Assembly: GCA_947452995.1 (NCBI GenBank)
Contig: CANGEV010000002.1
Coordinates: 1,172 to 65,171, forward strand
Length of the DNA stretch: 64,000 nucleotides
Direction of reading: 5' to 3'
DNA from: Chitinophagales bacterium
Lineage (GTDB): Bacteria; Bacteroidota; Bacteroidia; Chitinophagales; CAIODY01
This document shows positions 10,198-18,964 of this stretch, piece after piece; position 1 is the stretch's first letter, and every line of letters begins with the position of its first letter. The position numbers and the translations under genes were made by a program. Under the pieces are notes generated by a model. It saw only the letters and a list, made by a program, of their open reading frames with translations. It ran no database searches and was not told where the DNA came from.

Positions 10198-10944
10198 TTA
10201 CCAATCGTTGCCTTGTCTACTTGCAGGCACGACTTGTTTATTCTGGTCTATTTTTTGTTTCGTCTGACGTTCTTTATTACGCAAAGCAAGTAGTAAACGC
10301 TCTGCTTCCTCCTTGCTCATTACAGGCTTAGTGGCACTTGCGCCCACAGCTCCTGGTGCCTGCTTGCCTTCTTCTGATTTCGAAGTAGGATTACCGCCAT
10401 TTTGACTAGCAGCCGCTTTTTTCTTTTCCTCCTCAGCTTTCTTCCGCGCTTCCTCCGCTGCTTTTTTCTCCTTTTCCTCGCGTTCCTTTTTTTGCTGTTC
10501 GCTCTCTTGACCTTCACCGTTCTTCTTCTGCTCTTCCTCCTTTTTCTTTTGTTCTTGCTCCTGTTGTTCTTTATTCTGCGTTCCTTCAGCCCCTTGCCCT
10601 CCTTTTTCTTTTTGCTGCTGTTTTTGCTGTTGCTGTTGTTGTTGCTGTTGCTGTTGTTGCTGCTGTTGTTGCTGCTCTTTCTTCTCTTGTTCTTTTTCCT
10701 TTTGCTGTCGTTGCTGTTGTTGTTCTTCCTTCTCTTGATTTTCTAATTTCTTTTTCAGCGCTAACAGTTTTTCGTCCTCCGGGTACTGCCACAAACCTTC
10801 TCTAACAGCTGCTTTAGCTTTACCAAAATCTTTTGTAACATAGAAACGTGCCGCTTCATTGAAATAGGCTCTTGCACTTTTATTCGCCGCTATCGAAAGA
10901 AAGGGGAGTACACAAAAAATGATATATAGGAATAGTTTTCTCAT
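10198..10944 (-). CDS. batC: BatC-like TPR protein with a long E/K/Q low-complexity region
   Basis: Its position lies between batB and batD. It has a signal peptide and one TPR-like unit, followed by about 130 aa rich in E/K/Q that include a run of 17 Q. ATGA overlap with batB. Confidence 0.6.
   Translation of the reverse strand: MRKLFLYIIFCVLPFLSIAANKSARAYFNEAARFYVTKDFGKAKAAVREGLWQYPEDEKLLALKKKLENQEKEEQQQQRQQKEKEQEKKEQQQQQQQQQQQQQQQQQKQQQKEKGGQGAEGTQNKEQQEQEQKKKEEEQKKNGEGQESEQQKKEREEKEKKAAEEARKKAEEEKKKAAASQNGGNPTSKSEEGKQAPGAVGASATKPVMSKEEAERLLLALRNKERQTKQKIDQNKQVVPASRQGNDW
10624..10674 (-). repeat. 51-nt mixed CAA/CAG tract encoding 17 consecutive glutamines in BatC
   Basis: Read directly on the plus strand as (ttg/ctg)x17, in frame with the ORF. 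Confidence 0.95.
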
Positions 10945-12629
10945 TGTTCTATTTCAATAATATCTTTTAAACGTTGCTTGTATTCTTTTAGCTCCCCGAT
11001 ATCACCTTGTTTTTGTTCAGCAATCTCTAATAATTGTAAAGCCTCTTCGAATTTATCTTCTTTAAGGAGCGCTTCTAACTGCTGCTTCAAACTAGCGATA
11101 TTCGGGGCTGTTTTTTTCTGCTCTTGTTTTGGTTTATTGCTAGAATTATTCCCTTTTCTCTTTTTCTCTGCCTCCAACATCGCCTTGGCATAACTAAGAT
11201 TGTATCTGAAGTCTGCGTCTGCAGGATTCAACTTCAATGCTTTTCTAAAATATTGAATCGCACGCTGGTATTCTCTTTCTTCCATTTTGCAATTGCCCGC
11301 ATTAAAAAAAGCCTTAGCCTTGACCAAACTATCCGTTGAGTAATGTGCGGCACTTTCGTAATGGAATAAAGCATTGTCAAATTGTTGTTGCTCGTATAAA
11401 GACCACGCTAAATTATAATGTGCAATTACGTTCGAAGAGTCGCGTTTCAGGATTTTTTTGTAAAGGCTATCCGCTCGCGTGAATTGCTTCGTCTTTACCC
11501 ATTCATTCGCCTGTCGTAATTGTTTGAGTGCAGGCTTCGTGTCGAGCAATTGTGCTTCACTTTTATTCGTAAAGCAAGCAATCAAAACAATCGACCAACT
11601 CAACCAACGCTTCGAATTAGTCCACCACTTACTCGGTGTTTCAAAAAATAATCCTTCTAATAAAAGCAACACAAAAGAAATGATTAAAAAGTGCATGAAA
11701 TACGACTCATACGCTGTAAACTGCTTCTCATCCAATAATCTGTCTTCCATTTTGCTTAATTGCTCCACAATAGGCTTTAATTCTTCTTTGCTGTTTTCCA
11801 AGTGAACATATTTGCCCCCTCCGATACGAGCCACCTCACCTAAGACTTTTTCATTCAATCGCGAAATAACCGTATGTCCTTCTCCATCTTGTTTGAACCC
11901 GGCCGCTTGATTGCCCTTTTCATTAGGTATCGGAGCTCCGTTACCAGATCCAATACCGACACTGTGCACAATTACTCCGTTATCATGCGCTTGTTGCGCT
12001 GCCTCCAACGCGGTCTCATCTTGCTCTTCACCATCACTAATGATGACAATAGCTCTATTGTTTTTCGGTGCCTTTTCAGGGAAAGCACTCATTGAAACAT
12101 CAATCGCATTGCCAATAGAAGTTCCTTGCGCACTTAACATGTCTGTACTTAAATTGTCGATATACAATTTCGCTCCGGCAATATCTGTTGTAATCGGCAT
12201 TTGGATATAAGCCTGCCCAGCGAAAATCACAATGCCATAACGTTCTTCTGGTAGGGCTTCCATCAGATTTTTAACCACCTGCTTCGTTCTTTCCATCCTG
12301 CTCGGCGCAATATCCGTAGCATTCATACTTCGACTCACGTCTATCGCTACCACAATATCCGATCCCTTGTGCTTTACCTTTTCAATTCTACTTCCCATCT
12401 GTGGATTCGCAATGCCGATAATCAGCGAAGTATAAGCCAAGAGCCATAAAGTTGATTTCCACGTCAATTTACTCTCATCAAAAGAAGGTAAAAGTTTTAA
12501 TACCAATTCGCGATCGCCAATACGACGAATCTTTTTAGCACGGTTTGCTCTAACCCACCATAGCAATAGTAGGAAGAAAGGTAAAAGCCCTAACGCATAT
12601 AGATAATATGGATGTTCGAAACGTAGCAT
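10941..12629 (-). CDS. batB: BatB-like VWA-domain membrane protein with C-terminal TPR repeats
   Basis: N-terminal 2 TM helices, a VWA domain with MIDAS motif DVSRSM, a later TM helix, then TPR repeats and a coiled coil. Confidence 0.8.
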   Translation of the reverse strand: MLRFEHPYYLYALGLLPFFLLLLWWVRANRAKKIRRIGDRELVLKLLPSFDESKLTWKSTLWLLAYTSLIIGIANPQMGSRIEKVKHKGSDIVVAIDVSRSMNATDIAPSRMERTKQVVKNLMEALPEERYGIVIFAGQAYIQMPITTDIAGAKLYIDNLSTDMLSAQGTSIGNAIDVSMSAFPEKAPKNNRAIVIISDGEEQDETALEAAQQAHDNGVIVHSVGIGSGNGAPIPNEKGNQAAGFKQDGEGHTVISRLNEKVLGEVARIGGGKYVHLENSKEELKPIVEQLSKMEDRLLDEKQFTAYESYFMHFLIISFVLLLLEGLFFETPSKWWTNSKRWLSWSIVLIACFTNKSEAQLLDTKPALKQLRQANEWVKTKQFTRADSLYKKILKRDSSNVIAHYNLAWSLYEQQQFDNALFHYESAAHYSTDSLVKAKAFFNAGNCKMEEREYQRAIQYFRKALKLNPADADFRYNLSYAKAMLEAEKKRKGNNSSNKPKQEQKKTAPNIASLKQQLEALLKEDKFEEALQLLEIAEQKQGDIGELKEYKQRLKDIIEIEQ

Positions 12630-13627
12630 TATGGGAAGGTCCTTAAAATAGTATGTCGTAAAACAAATTCTAGCAATAGTAGGAGAGCGGCCATCAAGGC
12701 AAAAATCAAATATTCCTCCTTGTATTGTCGGTAGCTACTTACTTCTATTTTTGTTTTTTCTAATTTGTCAATTTGCGCATAAATATCCTTCAAGCGACTG
12801 TTTCCGGTCGCTCTGAAATATTGTCCTCCTGTTTGTGTAGCAATTTTTCGCATCATCGCTTCGTCAATCATCACTTCCTGGTTTACATACTTTTTGCCAA
12901 AAGGTGTTTGCACAGGCATTGGAGCCATTCCATACGAACCAACACCAATCGTGTAAATACGAATGCCATAAGTCTTGGCAAGCTCAGCCCCTGTTTGTGG
13001 ATCTATCAAACCGGTATTATTCACACCATCTGTCATCAAAATGATTACCTTACTCTTCGCCTTTGAATCTTTTAAACGATCCACAGCTGTCGCAAGTCCC
13101 ATACCAATAGCCGTTCCATCCTCCACCATGCCTGAATGAACGCCTTCAAATAAATCGTTCAGGATACTGTGATCAATCGTTATCGGACATTGGGTGAAGC
13201 TCTCACTGCTAAATACTACCAAACCTATCCGATCATTGGCTCTACTTTTAATAAATTCTTTTGCGAGATTTTTGGCAGCCTCTAATCGATTCGGACGAAA
13301 ATCTTCAGCCAACATACTGCTCGATACATCCAGACTTAAAACGATATCAATTCCTTCCGTAGCAATTTCATCATGAGATAAGTGATTTTGCGGACGTGCG
13401 AAAGCAAATACTAATGCGGTTAACGCTAGGATACGCATCACAAATAAAACACGTCGACCGTATTGCTTCCAACAACGACCGATATATGTCAGGCCACTAA
13501 AGCTAGAGAGCTGCAAGGAAGCTTTCCTGCGACGTTTGAAGCGAAGATTCCACCAAACGAAACCAATGATTGGTAGGATTGCTAAAAACAACCAAGGATA
13601 TAACCATATGTATTCTCCAATTTGCAT
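12629..13627 (-). CDS. batA: BatA-like VWA-domain membrane protein
   Basis: N-terminal TM helices, a VWA domain with MIDAS motif DVSSSM, and a C-terminal TM helix. 1-nt overlap with batB. Confidence 0.85.
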   Translation of the reverse strand: MQIGEYIWLYPWLFLAILPIIGFVWWNLRFKRRRKASLQLSSFSGLTYIGRCWKQYGRRVLFVMRILALTALVFAFARPQNHLSHDEIATEGIDIVLSLDVSSSMLAEDFRPNRLEAAKNLAKEFIKSRANDRIGLVVFSSESFTQCPITIDHSILNDLFEGVHSGMVEDGTAIGMGLATAVDRLKDSKAKSKVIILMTDGVNNTGLIDPQTGAELAKTYGIRIYTIGVGSYGMAPMPVQTPFGKKYVNQEVMIDEAMMRKIATQTGGQYFRATGNSRLKDIYAQIDKLEKTKIEVSSYRQYKEEYLIFALMAALLLLLEFVLRHTILRTFP

Positions 13628-13633
13628 TAGCCT

Positions 13634-14536
13634 CTAATTCTCATTTGGTTTGAATACTTCTATGAATTGAAAGGCTTGTCGAAGACTTTCCCAATGTGTT
13701 TCTATTGGCAAAGATTGTTTGGCAAACTTTACTAAATCGGCTTGCGTGAATAAATCTCTTAATAGATGCAATTCCGGCTGACTAACCAATTTTTTACTAC
13801 CCTCTAAAATCTCTTCGCTAGTAGCTTCCAGGGTCGACATACCAAATTTCTTCGCTAAAAACACACGCACAATATCCGTGAGCGCTGTCTGAAACTCTTT
13901 CTCCTTGCCTTTCAATAATAGCTCTGATTTTTCTAATTGCAATAAGGCACGTCTTGCCTGTTCGTAAGCTGTCAGTGTTTCTTCGATAGATGTAATCGCT
14001 GATGGAATCGTTGTTTTCGGACGTTTGATTCCCCAACGAATCAATAAAATGATAAATGGTAAAAGGAGTATTGCAATGATCCACCAGAGAAACTCTCTCC
14101 AATGATATGGCACCTCCAAAATTGGCTTGTTGATGCGAAATGATTTAAGCGTGTCGATAGGCAAACTGAAAACATGAATACGTAACGAATTCGGGTATAT
14201 AGTGTCAATACCTTTTGAATTTTGAACTAGGAGCATCGCATTGGGTAATGCAAACCATCCGGTATCAAAAGCCATGAAATGAATCATTTGCTGCTGCACG
14301 CCAGAGATGGAAGAGTCAATGCTACCTGCACTGATGAAGTCGATACTCGCAGTGCTGTCTTCTTCGAAATAAGGAAAAAGGACTTGCGCATGTGCAGGAA
14401 TTCCTTTTACCAAAAGCGTTGCATTTAACGGAGCACCCATTAAGAATTGAGTGGAATCTATTTTCCATTCCGCTTGTTGCGCGACTCCTTTGAAACAAAG
14501 GCATAGTAACAATATGCAATATCCAATGCATCTCAT
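13634..14536 (-). CDS. hypothetical membrane protein of the Bat/MoxR cluster
   Basis: Signal peptide and one central TM helix. It occupies the conserved slot between DUF58 and batA. ATGA overlap with the DUF58 gene. Confidence 0.55.
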   Translation of the reverse strand: MRCIGYCILLLCLCFKGVAQQAEWKIDSTQFLMGAPLNATLLVKGIPAHAQVLFPYFEEDSTASIDFISAGSIDSSISGVQQQMIHFMAFDTGWFALPNAMLLVQNSKGIDTIYPNSLRIHVFSLPIDTLKSFRINKPILEVPYHWREFLWWIIAILLLPFIILLIRWGIKRPKTTIPSAITSIEETLTAYEQARRALLQLEKSELLLKGKEKEFQTALTDIVRVFLAKKFGMSTLEATSEEILEGSKKLVSQPELHLLRDLFTQADLVKFAKQSLPIETHWESLRQAFQFIEVFKPNEN

Positions 14537-15399
14537 CGCTTTTGAAAGAATTGTCTCAACTTCATGACGTAATCATCTTGTGTATTCAAGCTGATTAAAT
14601 CAGAATGGTTTTTGGTGAATTGACTATTGATTCGAACCATTTGGTTTAGGAAACTCTCTTGATACGCCGCGCGCACTTTAGGATCTGAAAAGTCAATCCA
14701 CAGCGTTTCGCCAGTCTCCGCATCTTCAACTTTACACAAGCCAATGTCGGGCATCTGTCTTTCCTTTTCGTCAAAAACATGAATGCCGATTAAATCGTGT
14801 TTTTTACTCAATACTTTAAGCTCATCTTCAAAATTCGGACTCATAAAGTCGCTGATCAAAAACGCAATACAACGTTTTTTAATAAGCGCATGTACCGTTC
14901 TCAAAGCTGTTTGAATAGAAGTGCCTTTATGTTTTGGCTCAAAAACGAGTAGCTCTCTGATGATACGTAGAATATGCGATTTACCTTTTTTAGGAAGGAT
15001 AAACAATTCAACTTCGCTACTAAACAGGAGCAAGCCAACTTTATCATTGTTCTTCAAAGCCGAAAAGGATAACAGCGCACAGAGCTCTGCTATCAACTCT
15101 TGTTTCTGTTTTCCTAAAGTTCCAAATTGACTACTTTTTGAAATATCAACCATGAGTAATAGCGTCAATTCACGCTCCTCCTCATATACCTTGATATGTG
15201 CTTGTCCGGTACGGGCGGTTACGTTCCAGTCGATACTCCGAACATCATCACCATATTGATAAGCACGTACTTCCGAAAAGCTCATTCCTCTTCCTTTAAA
15301 GGCAGAGTGATATTCTCCGGCAAAAATATGATTGCTCAGTCCACGCGCCTTGATTTCGATGCGGCGTACTTTTTTTATGATGTCAGCAGTAGTACTCAT
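14533..15399 (-). CDS. DUF58-domain protein (MoxR-associated, VWA-like)
   Basis: The motif G-x-Y-x-S-x-FKGRGM-x-F-x-EVR-x-YQYGDD-x-R-x-IDWN is the DUF58 signature. Confidence 0.85.
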   Translation of the reverse strand: MSTTADIIKKVRRIEIKARGLSNHIFAGEYHSAFKGRGMSFSEVRAYQYGDDVRSIDWNVTARTGQAHIKVYEEERELTLLLMVDISKSSQFGTLGKQKQELIAELCALLSFSALKNNDKVGLLLFSSEVELFILPKKGKSHILRIIRELLVFEPKHKGTSIQTALRTVHALIKKRCIAFLISDFMSPNFEDELKVLSKKHDLIGIHVFDEKERQMPDIGLCKVEDAETGETLWIDFSDPKVRAAYQESFLNQMVRINSQFTKNHSDLISLNTQDDYVMKLRQFFQKR

Positions 15400-15411
15400 T
15401 CGGAGAAACGA

Positions 15412-16413
15412 CTATGGCACTTCAACACTATTGATGATCTCTTGAATGATTTGATCCGTTTGCATATTTTCTGCATTCGCTTCATACGTCAATCCGATAC
15501 GGTGACGTAATACGTCTGCGCAAACTGCACGCACATCTTCTGGTATCACGAAGCCACGGCGTTTGATGAACGCATAAGCTTTTGCCGCAAGCGCTAAATT
15601 GATACTTGCACGTGGCGAAGCCCCATAAGAAATGAATGGCTTCAAACGATGTAAACGATATTCTTCAGGTTCACGCGTAGCAAATACGATATCCAAAATA
15701 TAACGCTCAATCTTCTCATCCATGTACACGCTTCTTACCAAATTGCGTGCGTTGAGGATTTGTTCCGGACTTACTAGTGCTTGTATCGGCGCTTGTTCCG
15801 ACATTTGATTACGCATAATCAAGCGTTCTTCCTCTAAGGTTAGATAGCTGATCTGCACCTTCAACATGAAACGATCTAATTGCGCCTCCGGTAGGGGATA
15901 GGTACCTTCTTGTTCTAAAGGATTTTGCGTCGCTAAAACAAGGAAAGGTTCTGCGAGAGGAAAGCTCTCTTCTCCGATCGTTACTTGTCGTTCTTGCATC
16001 GCTTCTAGCAAAGCAGATTGTACTTTTGCCGGAGCACGATTGATCTCATCCGCAAGAATGAAGTTTGCGAAAATAGGACCTTTCTTAATATTGAAATCTC
16101 CCTTCGCTGGGTTATAAATTAAAGTGCCAACGATATCAGAAGGTAATAAGTCGGGGGTAAATTGAATACGGCTGAAACGTGCGTCGATAGCGGAGGCGAG
16201 GGTTTTAATTGCCAAAGTTTTTGCCAGACCAGGAACGCCTTCCAAAAGAATATGACCTTGCGTTAAAAGGCCAATCATAAGACGTTCAAACATCGTTTTC
16301 TGACCAATGAGTCGTTTGCCAACTTCCATTTGTAAAAGCTCGATAAATGCGCTTTCATTGTGAATGCGTTCATTCAAAGTCTTGATGTCGGTAGATAAGT
16401 TATTTGATTCCAT
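15412..16413 (-). CDS. MoxR-family AAA+ ATPase
   Basis: Walker A GVPGLAKT, Walker B ILADEINRA, and sensor regions typical of MoxR. It is the first gene of the cluster. Confidence 0.92.
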   Translation of the reverse strand: MESNNLSTDIKTLNERIHNESAFIELLQMEVGKRLIGQKTMFERLMIGLLTQGHILLEGVPGLAKTLAIKTLASAIDARFSRIQFTPDLLPSDIVGTLIYNPAKGDFNIKKGPIFANFILADEINRAPAKVQSALLEAMQERQVTIGEESFPLAEPFLVLATQNPLEQEGTYPLPEAQLDRFMLKVQISYLTLEEERLIMRNQMSEQAPIQALVSPEQILNARNLVRSVYMDEKIERYILDIVFATREPEEYRLHRLKPFISYGASPRASINLALAAKAYAFIKRRGFVIPEDVRAVCADVLRHRIGLTYEANAENMQTDQIIQEIINSVEVP

Positions 16414-16545
16414 TTTATATAAAATATCCTTTTTGCAAATTTAACTTTAAAAGAAGGCTTTTACGACGATAAAAAACCAAAAAAAGTGTTAATGAAAGCC
16501 TTTCTAGACTAGGTTGGAAAATGCGAAAAATCTTAATGAAATTAG

Positions 16546-16553
16546 TAGATTTG
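16546..16553 (+). promoter_or_regulatory. candidate Bacteroidota -7 box (TAGATTTG) for panD
   Basis: It matches TAnnTTTG and ends 4 nt before the panD ATG. Confidence 0.4.
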
Positions 16554-16557
16554 CGCT

Positions 16558-16926
16558 ATGTTAATCGAATTACTGAAATCAAAGATTCATCGCGCTACCG
16601 TGACGGAGGCTAACTTAAATTATGTTGGTAGTATCACTATCGACGAAGCCCTAATGGAAGCTGCGAACATGCGCGAATTTGAAAAGGTACAAGTTGTCAA
16701 TAACAATAACGGCGAGCGCCTTGAAACCTATATCATCAAAGGTGAACGCAATTCTGGCGTGATCTGTTTGAATGGTGCCGCTGCTCGTAAAGTGCAAACG
16801 GGTGATATCGTTATCATTTGTTGTTATGCTTGGATGGATGATAAAGAAGCAAAATCATTTGTTCCTGCCATCATCTTCCCCGACAAAAACAATAAATTGG
16901 AAAAGAAGCGCAAGTCTTCTAAATAA
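16558..16926 (+). CDS. panD: aspartate 1-decarboxylase
   Basis: [29 protein letters not shown] contains the pyruvoyl self-cleavage G-S site. Confidence 0.92.
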   Translation: MLIELLKSKIHRATVTEANLNYVGSITIDEALMEAANMREFEKVQVVNNNNGERLETYIIKGERNSGVICLNGAAARKVQTGDIVIICCYAWMDDKEAKSFVPAIIFPDKNNKLEKKRKSSK

Positions 16927-16931
16927 CAACT

Positions 16932-17930
16932 ATGAAAAAACGACTGCTCTCCATTTTTCAGCTCTTGCTTTTCTTGGGCTTAGGGATTTTTTTAGTCGTT
17001 TGGATCTATCGCGGACTAACACCAGAGCAAGTACAAAAATGTAAAACCGCCTTTGCAAACGCGCATTGGTCGTATGTGAGTCTTTTGATTGTATTTGGCT
17101 TTTCTGCCTTATATTTTCGTTCTCTTCGCTGGAAGTTATTAATGAAACCGATGGGCTTTACGCCGCGCACCGGGAATACCTTGGCTGCCGTTACCATCGG
17201 TTATCTCGCTAATCTAGCCTTTCCACGTTTGGGTGAAGTGTTGAAGTGCGGCATCCTAAATCGTTATCAAAAACTACCGGTAGATAAGTTGGTCGGAACG
17301 ATTATCGTAGAGCGACTTTTTGATACGGTATGTTTATTAATATTATTAGCAGGAACTGTACTTACACAACTTGGTCTGTTGCAAGATTTTTTTGTACATA
17401 ACTTGCAAATGCCTATACAAGAGAAGTTTGGGCATATTGCTTGGTGGATTCCTGTCTCGTTTTTATTGTGTTGCGGAATGGCTGCATTCTTCGCTATCAA
17501 ATGGTTGATGAAGCATAAGGATTCTAAAATTGGCAAGTTTGTTTTCGGACTAGGAGATGGAATACGAAGTATCGCTCAGATGGAGAATAAGTTCTTGTTT
17601 TTGTTATATACAGTCGGTATTTGGGGATCTTATGCCACCGTTCAATACATTGCTTTTTATACGCTCAACGAGACGAGCAACTTACCTATCGGAGCCGCGT
17701 TTTCATGCATGACTTTTGGTAGCTTCGGCGTAATAGCCACGCAAGGAGGTTTAGGAGCCTATCATTTCATAATTCAATCTATTCTTTCTTTGTATGGCTT
17801 AGCGAAAGAATATGGATTTGCCTATGCATGGATCTCTTGGGGCGTTCAAAACCTCGTCTTCGTTATAGGCGGACTCTTCGCTTTACTCTATTTGCCTTTT
17901 GCCAATAAAAACAAGAAGTCTGCTATTTAA
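16932..17930 (+). CDS. UPF0104/LPG-synthase-TM-like (flippase-like) membrane protein
   Basis: 332 aa with about 8 TM helices and the conserved early R-W-K-x-L motif (FRSLRWKLLM). Confidence 0.65.
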   Translation: MKKRLLSIFQLLLFLGLGIFLVVWIYRGLTPEQVQKCKTAFANAHWSYVSLLIVFGFSALYFRSLRWKLLMKPMGFTPRTGNTLAAVTIGYLANLAFPRLGEVLKCGILNRYQKLPVDKLVGTIIVERLFDTVCLLILLAGTVLTQLGLLQDFFVHNLQMPIQEKFGHIAWWIPVSFLLCCGMAAFFAIKWLMKHKDSKIGKFVFGLGDGIRSIAQMENKFLFLLYTVGIWGSYATVQYIAFYTLNETSNLPIGAAFSCMTFGSFGVIATQGGLGAYHFIIQSILSLYGLAKEYGFAYAWISWGVQNLVFVIGGLFALLYLPFANKNKKSAI

Positions 17931-17980
17931 GATTGATTAAGGATATTTTCCCGATTTAATAAGTACCGCACTCTTTCATA

Positions 17981-18964
17981 ATGTACTTTTGTTCCTTCAT
18001 GATACCTGCGGAATTTATTCAAGGACTCAAATCGCAAAGTCAACACTTTGAACATTTATTGCAATTTACTTTGCAACAAGATGCCACTGGTGCTTTGCAA
18101 GAAGAGCTCGAACTACCGCATCATATGGGCACTGTACAACGATTTGAATTAAATTTGAGTCGTAAAGGATTGCATGCAACCATATACAAGCTGCAGTTGA
18201 ATTTTGATATCCGTGTCGCTGAAGAACGTTTGCAATTGGAATTGAAACATATTCCAACAGAGACAAGTCTTCCAAACTTACAATTACGCGTTGTTCATCA
18301 ATTGGAACGTGAAGGGGATATACTAAAAGCTAAAACACCTATTTACTTCGTGAATTGGATGCTGGGCCATGATTATATCATCGCCTTCACCGAAGATTTA
18401 ACCTACGAGTTGCCAAGCTGTGTGGAGCGCGTATTGAATGGTAAGCATAGCGATGCATTAGAGACCATCGAAGGGCTGAAATCAAAAACAGAACTCTATT
18501 TGACGCAATTAGTCAATACCCGTTTAAAGCCTGGTATTCGTCGTAATATGTTTGCTGAAAGTAAGATTTTGGGCTTCTTACATTACTTGTTTCAGTTTCT
18601 CAACGAGCCTGATCAAGTGCCGAAGGAGAAATTCACGCTTCGTGAAGAAGAGGCGCAGAAAGTTCATGTGGCGAAGGCAATCATTCTTCAAGAATTACAA
18701 GATCCTCCAACCATCGCAGAATTAGCCAAGAAGGTTGGTCTGAATGAAAACTACCTAAAACGCGGCTTTAAGAGCATTTTTAACTATACCATTCATGATT
18801 ATATTCAACATGAACGAATGGAAAATGCGAAGTCCTTATTAGGTCAGCCCGGTGCTACAGTATCGCAAGTTGCTTATACATTGGGCTTTTCGTGTGTCAG
18901 CCATTTTAGTGCTGCCTTTAAAAAGAATACAGGAATTAATCCTTCTGAATTAATCAGTCATTAA
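17981..18964 (+). CDS. AraC-family transcriptional regulator
   Basis: C-terminal double HTH (PPTIAELAKKVGLNENYLKRGFK ... VSQVAYTLGFSCVSHFSAAFKK). The N-terminal domain is uncharacterised. Confidence 0.8.
   Translation: MYFCSFMIPAEFIQGLKSQSQHFEHLLQFTLQQDATGALQEELELPHHMGTVQRFELNLSRKGLHATIYKLQLNFDIRVAEERLQLELKHIPTETSLPNLQLRVVHQLEREGDILKAKTPIYFVNWMLGHDYIIAFTEDLTYELPSCVERVLNGKHSDALETIEGLKSKTELYLTQLVNTRLKPGIRRNMFAESKILGFLHYLFQFLNEPDQVPKEKFTLREEEAQKVHVAKAIILQELQDPPTIAELAKKVGLNENYLKRGFKSIFNYTIHDYIQHERMENAKSLLGQPGATVSQVAYTLGFSCVSHFSAAFKKNTGINPSELISH

Noticed and set aside
10624-10674. The polyQ-coding tract considered as a slipped-strand phase-variation switch.
   Set aside because: The tract is a trinucleotide repeat, so slippage keeps the reading frame. 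It is also an irregular mixture of CAA and CAG codons, which suppresses slippage. Length polymorphism is possible, but ON/OFF switching is not supported.
10320-10792. Three additional track ORFs (10320-10517 minus, 10402-10746 plus, 10586-10792 minus) overlap batC.
   Set aside because: They are artefacts of the purine/pyrimidine-skewed low-complexity E/K/Q-coding DNA. Their translations are homopolymer-like (poly-L/F, poly-R/K, poly-T/A), and they overlap a gene that sits in conserved operon context.
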